A stretch of 64,000 bases of DNA from Octopus bimaculoides (Eukaryota), in assembly GCF_001194135.2 (NCBI RefSeq), contig NC_068981.1:13771840-13835839 (forward strand), read 5' to 3'. Within the stretch, counting starts at the first letter, position 1. The number at the start of each line of letters is the position of its first letter. The position numbers were made by a program, and so were the translations under genes. Shown piece after piece: positions 56,657 to 64,000 of the stretch. The notes beneath the pieces were generated by a model, which ran no database searches, was not told the DNA's origin, and saw only the letters and a program-made list of their open reading frames with translations.

Positions 56657-57419
56657 GTGTGTGTGTGTGTGTGTGTGTATACAAGCACATGACCCACATC
56701 CATTGGACGGTTTGTATAGGTGAAGAGGGTTAACTTGGACGGTGTTAAATTGTAGTGATGTTTGGTGATTGTATAGGGTATTTACTTTTGGTTAGGGTTA
56801 GGGTATTGAAGATTCCTGAGACGTTGAAACTTTTGACTGTTTCTTCTAAACAAGAAAAAAATGATTGATAGTGAATCTTAACACTGTGAACCTTTCAAAA
56901 TTGTCATGAGGTCAATAAAATGAAAGAAAGCTATTCAGCCCACAACGTATGCAGCTTCCAGTGGAATCGGACATCATAATTAACCTTAAACTTGTTGCAC
57001 TCAAACACTTTCACATTAGGATAAGCACAATGTACTCGTCCATAGTACATACCTCATGTTAACACCAATACATCGGACCGAACGCTGTTTTATCTCTAAA
57101 ATGAATATTGCAAGTGATATATAAGCAATGATACAGTTCTTTGGCTTTTGCATTTGATGGCTGTTGCTTTACATATTTTATTTCGATTTTCACTGGCGGA
57201 GTGGTAAGAACTATGAGATAAGTAACATTAGTTTAGAATAAAAATATCAATGGAAGTTTTAATCACCCGATGGACAAGCAAACAGAAACTGCTACTCAAT
57301 AAAGGCGCTTAAATGCTAAAGGAAGTCTCTCTTCTCTCAAAATCTGACACAATTAGTGTTGAAACTCTTGGGTGAAATAACACAAGGTGCAATAAAATAA
57401 GATAAGGCATGTTCTTTGA

Positions 57420-58150
57420 AAATGAATTTTATTTAAAAAATTGAACAATACCGCTTATTTTTTAAAGTTCAATGAGAAACGTTAGGCAAGGTTTTAGATA
57501 TAACCCCCATCCCCCAAATTTTTTACGTTTTATAAAAGATCAATTAGTCTTTTCTACTTTCAATTGAATTTTGTTGAGGATATCTTCAAAAAATTGAGGA
57601 ATCTACAGTTATTTATTTGCTTTATTTTCACTCTTTTGCTCAATTAAAGTAACTGCATTTTCTGAGTAGTTTTTCATGTCAGCTGGTTTATTGCACGAAA
57701 AAAAGCCGTAAGAACACATTTGACTACGAATGCACGTGGTTGATTACAGTTAATAAAAGTTATAGTGATATCGATTTTTTAACCACTTACAAACGTGTGT
57801 AAACGCAGAAATGAATACAGTTGTTCGTGGTCTAATATTTAAATCAAAATGAGTCTGTATTTACAAATAGCAAGCTTTATTTACATATATCTGTCATTTA
57901 AATGTGAAAACGTAGAAATGAATTGTTTAGAACGTTGGTAAATGAACAGGATGGCGGAAGAAGCAGGACAAAAAAATTACAAAGATTGTGATTCTCATTT
58001 TGAAGCTGACAATTTTGAAAATCTTTTTACATTACGGAACGCCCCGCTCTCTCATGTATCCATGTTTAAAATTTCAGCGCGATCGGATGAACAATACTCG
58101 AGTTAAAAGCGCACAAAAACAGACAGACAGAACAGGATTTATATACTAGA
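57420..58150 (-). mobile_element. Possible non-autonomous Helitron-like repeat
   Basis: Minus strand opens A|TCTAGTATATAAAT..CTGTCTGTCTG..CCGATCGCGCTGAAATTT, resembling 5' ends of invertebrate non-autonomous Helitrons. The 3' end was not identified, so the left boundary is a guess. Confidence 0.3.
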
Positions 58151-58385
58151 TATGTATTTATGTATATATACATATGTGTTTGTGCTTCTCTGCTTCTTCT
58201 CACCCTACTTGACAATCGGTGTTGGGCCGTTTACATCCGACAAAACACCACTTCGTAAAAGAGGTGACATAATAAGTGTCACACTTAAAACATAAGTACT
58301 GTAAACCAATTTCTTCGACTAAACTCTCCAAGACAGTGCCCAAAGGTGGCTGCAGTCCGATAATTGAAACAGGTAGAGGATAGAA
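58150..58385 (+). mobile_element. 3' half of a degenerate family-3 SINE
   Basis: CTTGACAATCGGTGTTGG...ATAAGTACT...GGCTGCAGTCC..TAATTGAAACAGG. Confidence 0.6.
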
Positions 58386-58395
58386 GATAAAAGTA

Positions 58396-58623
58396 TTGGG
58401 TTGTCCGGAAAGTTCGTGCCGATTTTTAAAGGAAAGAAAAAGGTCAATAAATAGTTGCCATTACATTTTTAATCAACCAAATATGAACTATTTTGTTGCA
58501 CAATGTGTCTCCCTCTTTCCTTTAACTTGAAAATACCCTCTTCCCAGATTTGCGGTGGTTTCATGGCAAATAAGTCGAAAGGTAAGCTATTATAAATCGG
58601 CACGAACTTTCTGGACAACCCAA
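58396..58623 (-). mobile_element. Internally deleted mariner element, 228 bp
   Basis: 30-bp TIRs TTGGGTTGTCC(G/A)GAAAGTTCGTGCCGATTT with one mismatch, TA flanks; interior encodes a mariner C-terminus FAMKPPQIWEEGIFKLKERGRHIVQQNSSYLVD*. Confidence 0.88.
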
Positions 58624-59561
58624 TATATATATCTTTGGAAATACTAGAAACTTACAAAGATCGATATAGCAATCAATTCTCCAACTGTTAATCATTAGAC
58701 AAGATCACAATACTCCGATTTATATTTGGAATCTAAATAATTACGATATCCTATCAAAGCGAAACTAATTTTTAACAGTTACTTGAGGATCACTGGAGCA
58801 ATTATTTATGATTTTGATTCATGACATTAATATATATATATATTCCTAATTAATCTACCCAGTTCAGGTGAGTTTCAGTAAACCTAATTGATGAGGAAAA
58901 TCTGGAACGTGTGCGAAACACACACACGCACACATATATAGGCATATAGTTGTATATTAAGAGTGACGCAAATGTGAATTAAAGATAACAAGCAAAGTAC
59001 TTGTTAGCGTATCATATTTTATAATGAAATAATGAAGTTCTGTAATGAAGAACTTACAATCAAAAAGTCTCCATCTCGATAAAACTGGTACGGAATATTT
59101 CAACAGTTCAGAGCTTCTTATGATTCAGACAAATTCCATAGCCACAAAACAATTAGAATAAGTCTTCGTCAATATTAAAATACTATTGACAAATCAATCA
59201 CATTTAGAAATATTTATGTTACTTGTTAATCTTGATATTCCGCAATTTATTACAATCAGAATACCAAACTGTTGTATATTTACAATCTATTTGTGAAAGC
59301 TTTCCTTCTAATTTTCATCCTATTTGTATTTATAGAATTCGTTTGACTATTAATTTATGGGATAGGTAAAAATGGATCGTCTTTATCATCAAAGGAATCA
59401 TATCTTCATAAGTGTCTCTTCACATCTGTCGTGAATATTTCATAGAATTTATTATCTTAATCTTCAAATTTAAACAAACATTCATTTAGATGAAAGACAT
59501 AAAGCCAAAATTAAGTGCCTGTATATGTATGCATACATAAGTGTCTGTTGTATTTGCTGTA

Positions 59562-60070
59562 TGGCCGAGTGGTTAAAAAGTTGGTCTCGCATTAACTAAG
59601 CCTTTGGTTTGAGCCTCAAGTTCACCATCACCTTATGATTTAAATCGGGTGTGGCGGAAAATATATTGGAGTTCGTCGGATGGACAAAACTGTACTTCAA
59701 TGGTACAGCCTTGCCGTACACACTGAAAATGAAGTTAAAGACGTACATATCTGTGGAATGGCGAACCATTTGCGCTCCAATTTAAAGAGCACTGATTTAT
59801 GTATACAAGCGCAGGCGCGGATGTTAGTTAAGACGTTTGCTTCCCAACCACATGGGAAATGTCTTCTGATATATTCTTGGGCTGGCCAAATCCGACTACA
59901 GCGGTGGCACACTACCGCTTTACAACCAGTGTTGGTATGTTTACTTCCCCTTACCATATCGGTTAGCGAAATGAAGTTGATAGAATGAATAACATACTTT
60001 AAAAATAAGTACTAGTGTCGATTCGTTTGACTAAAATTCTTCAAGACATCATCCCAGCCTGGCCGCAGTG
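59562..60070 (+). mobile_element. Two adjacent degenerate SINEs (family 2/4-like, then family 3)
   Basis: TGGCCGAGTGGTT head; CAGCCTTG...ATCTGTGGAATG; GCTTCCCAACCACATGG; CCAGCCTGGCCGCAG. Confidence 0.55.
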
Positions 60071-60337
60071 TACATACATACATATATATACATACATACT
60101 GTAATTATTGTGACCCTGGGATATGTAACACACTGCTTAAATACCAATCTTGAGAAATTAAGCTTCTCAAAACCAAAAAGAAGGAAGCTTATTCGAAGAC
60201 TACAGATCCAATCCATCACTGTAACTGTAAAAATCTGTTAATCTTTCCAGAAGTTTATTATTTAAATATATATGAGCATGTCTGGATATGTAACTATATG
60301 CATGAGAATACGTGCATAAATCTTACAAATCTACACA

Positions 60338-60529
60338 TACATACATACATACATACATACATACATACATACATGCAAACATACATGCAAACATACATAC
60401 ATGCAAACAAAATACCCTGTTGTTGATGTTGAAATTGCAATGTAGGAGCCTTGAATGTAGGTTAGAAACCGTTATTTATTTTCTATTGTCAAAAAATCTT
60501 GAAATAAACTAAATAATGACATACATACA

Positions 60530-60558
<29 letters not shown>
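60338..60558. repeat. Two (TACA)n tetranucleotide tracts
   Basis: Direct inspection at about 60338-60400 and 60520-60558. Confidence 0.9.
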
Positions 60559-60560
<2 letters not shown>

Positions 60561-61762
60561 TGGGGCCATTGGGATATTTTTATACACTAAGAGGGTTTTG
60601 ATAATTGAAATATACTCACTAGATTGACTAAAATAATAGAAAATGTTATGATGGCACTAAATGATGGTACGAAATTTATTGTTTCGTTAATAAAGTTGCA
60701 ACGCTCTCGCTGATGATAAGGATGTAAACCACTTTAAAATTCTTCAGCAGGAAATGTGACATATGACTGGAACTTGAGATGAGCTATGTAACTCAATCCA
60801 TAAAAAATGAGAGGTTTGAAATAACGTAAAACTTCTCTTTTAGACAGTTTGAGAAAGGTATTTATTAGTGCTGGAGTTCGGTCTAAAATTCCTCATGTGA
60901 TATTTATAGTCTTTCCTACGTACTTCGATTTCCAACTGTGCATGGATAGCAGATGAAGAATTAGGCGTAATTGTCTAATAACGCGGCTTCTTTTGGAGTA
61001 TTATTTAGCAGTTTTCAGTGAAATATCGTTATTTTCTTCACTTATTGTGTATTATTACCAGCAGGAAACTTGATGCAATTTTACAACAAATAATTTATTG
61101 GTACGTATTTTTGAATAAATGATTTAATTCACTTTTGACAACAATGGGATTTCTAACCGTTGCCTATTCAATATATTATTCCGCCATTAATTGTGTAGTC
61201 AATAAAATGCGTTAAGTATATTTCTGGGAATCATATATGTACGCACTTTCCTTTGTTTGTAACGTTGCATATCTTTGTCAACTCTCTATTTCTCTCAAGA
61301 ATGAAACTACTGAAGTAGAAGATAATCCAACGGAATTATTTTCTACTGATAAAATAACGATGGTTTATGGAAGCTATGTAAATCTAAAACTAATAATTTC
61401 TGCAGTTTCGTTGATGAGAATTCGACCATACCATTCGAATCATTTCCATTGATATGAAAAATATATTTCCCGAAAATCTACTACCAAAGACAGAATTGAA
61501 ATGGAAATATATTGCTTAGAATGAAATAAAAATAGAACAATATGGGAATATTTCCATTATCCAAGATTCGTTGCAAACAAATGAAATGGGTGGAATAATA
61601 TCGTTGAGAAGAAGAAACGAAAAACTATTACTGTGAACAGAATTCATGGAACTATTCACTAGATAAATATATAAGCTATTTCAAATTTCAGATTAAATGC
61701 AATATTCTTTTGCAAAATCGCTGGCTGTAAATAGGTTATATAAGTGTTCATATATGCATTTA

Positions 61763-61795
<33 letters not shown>

Positions 61796-63074
61796 NNNNN
61801 NNNNNNNNNNNNNNNNNNNNNNNNNNNNNNNNNNATATATAGTAGTTTAAAAACTTCAACTTTATCTCGAGGCAATAAGATTGTTACACCGCTGTTCACT
61901 TTTGTTTCTGAGGTGTTTAAAAGCGTACAAAATTCTCGCTTGCACAGGGCGCCAGTCCATCGAATGGATAATTCCAGAATAAAAGTATTGAGTGCTGCTG
62001 TTTCAAAACTGGTGATTTGGTACGGCTGACTAAATATTAAATTCGTTGTCGAAATAGTACTATTTGGCACTGGATGCGCGCGCGCACGCACACATACACA
62101 CGCATGAAGTACACACATAGACTATTGAAATATACACATACAGTAAGAGGAGAGAAAGAAACAAAATAATTTTCCAATTGAAGTCGATTCATATGAACAT
62201 TTTCCTTCTTCTCATCAACATATAGAAAAATGTTCTCACGCGTCTAAGCAACAAAAGTGAGAAGAGGCGAAATCGAGAGGAACATTAAAATATCTGATGG
62301 CAAAAAAGTCAGCCTCGAATCAGCGGTGGGAAATGGGCGGCGCCAAAATGGGTGAGCCAAGATAAACTAATACGGTTAACTAGCAGCGGATAATTGGCAC
62401 TTATTTTCAGGTGAGTGTACAGAAACAACATGAAAGGTGATACCGGGCACTAGGACAGAGTGCCCTGTCCGTATCCCGAATCCTACTACGAGATTAAGTA
62501 CATGAATGTATATATACATATAAAATATACATACATACACACATAAATATACAGACGCATATACACACACACACATATATATTTAACATATATATAATAT
62601 ATATCTATATAATACATATATATCTATATATAACATATATGCATATGTAATATATATATATATATATNNNNNNNNNNNNNNNNNNNNNNNNNNNNNNNNN
62701 NNNNNNNNNNNNNNNNNNNNNNNNNNNNNNNNNNNNNNNNNNNNNNNNNNNNNNNNNNNNNNNNNNNNNNNNNNNNNNNNNNNNNNNNNNNNNNNNNNNN
62801 NNNNNNNNNNNNNNNNNNNNNNNNNNNNNNNNNNNNNNNNNNNNNNNNNNNNNNNNNNNNNNNNNNNNNNNNNNNNNNNNNNNNNNNNNNNNNNNNNNNN
62901 NNNNNNNNNNNNNNNNNNNNNNNNNNNNNNNNNNNNNNNNNNNNNNNNNNNNNNNNNNNNNNNNNNNNNNNNNNNNNNNNNNNNNNNNNNNNNNNNNNNN
63001 NNNNNNNNNNNNNNNNNNNNNNNNNNNNNNNNNNNNNNNNNNNNNNNNNNNNNNNNNNNNNNNNNNNNNNNNNN

Positions 63075-63163
<89 letters not shown>

Positions 63164-63929
63164 AATGCTAAAGTACATTTATTTCGTTCAAATTTACAGT
63201 CATTCGCCGGCCGGTAAGTCATGTTTTTTTTAAATTTATTCAAACAAATATCGACATACGTCCTTTATTAACTTTATACTCTAACACGTATTTACATTTA
63301 TTTACCTTCTCCATAATGAATTAATCGTGTTCACAATAATACTCCATTTGAATATTTTTAGCTCGTAATATTTGATAATAATATTAATGTCTTTAACTAA
63401 CATTACAGGTTTTGTTTCTTTATATATATTCTTTATTCCTTATTTTTATTCCGTATCATATTATAAGGCAAGTCAAACATTTCAGTCTTTTTATTAGGAA
63501 TTTGACCTGAAGAGTGACTGATTTTGGGAGTAAAATTCTTTTTCCGTTCCAATGAACTTGGATATGGTTTTCTTATATGAATTTATATAGTCCTAATTCA
63601 GCCATGAAACGTGTATAGTTGATGTGCAAGTATTTACTTTTATACGTTATATTATTGTATTAATTTTTATTGTTCCATTTATACTTTATTTGATTTTTTT
63701 ATTAATATTTTTTATGATGAATGATTCTTTGTATGGTATTCGCTGTGATTTTAAAAGTATTTGCTCTTATATATGATATGATTGTAATGAACTTACTGTT
63801 CAATGCAATATATTATTAAAATTTTAAACTAGTATTTTGTATGGTATATGACTCAGAGTATGGTTTTGGACAGGTTCTTCATTGACTATGTTGTTGAATG
63901 GTGGTTCGTCTCTAAATTAGTTATATATG

Positions 63930-63966
<37 letters not shown>

Positions 63967-64000
63967 CCACGTGTATATAATATATATATATATATATATA

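Noticed and set aside
56786-56803. TTAGGG doublet
   Set aside because: Too short to call an interstitial telomeric repeat.
57053-57095. 43-nt AG/GT-bounded segment on the gene strand
   Set aside because: The only open frame ends in phase 2 whereas exon A needs phase 0, and the peptide is not iGluR-like.

Overview
AT-rich, microsatellite-heavy animal genomic DNA with 11 N-gaps. It is most likely a coleoid cephalopod such as Octopus; this is inferred from the SINE families and repeat load and is not verified. The only host gene I can firmly support is the 3' half of an AMPA-type ionotropic glutamate receptor on the minus strand. I reconstructed eight coding exons by hand with GT-AG boundaries and continuous frame: 55739-55535, 55039-54889, 47015-46817, 42609-42365, 34885-34777, 31268-31137, 29186-29082 and 26759-26688. 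They cover the end of S1, M1, the M2 pore loop (MQQG), M3 (SYTANLAAF), S2, M4 and a C-tail ending in a class I PDZ motif (HTQV*). The N-terminal exons were not found in the window. The rest is intronic or intergenic sequence filled with four tRNA-headed SINE families, decayed L1/Tx1-, CR1-, R4/Dong- and Penelope-like retroelement fragments, Tc1/mariner MITEs and a probable solo LTR. The most interesting leads are (i) an ORF1-only half-Tx1 element nested in a SINE head that shares its 3' tail with that SINE family, (ii) an in-frame two-exon unit (M3+S2) bracketed by inverted CR1 copies, a circRNA or skipping candidate, (iii) a hidden exon that could switch the C-tail between PDZ-bearing and poly-Asp forms, (iv) editable codons at the Q/R and R/G homologous sites with SINEs just downstream, and (v) a divergent ligand pocket. 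No CRISPR array, rRNA or true tRNA gene was seen.
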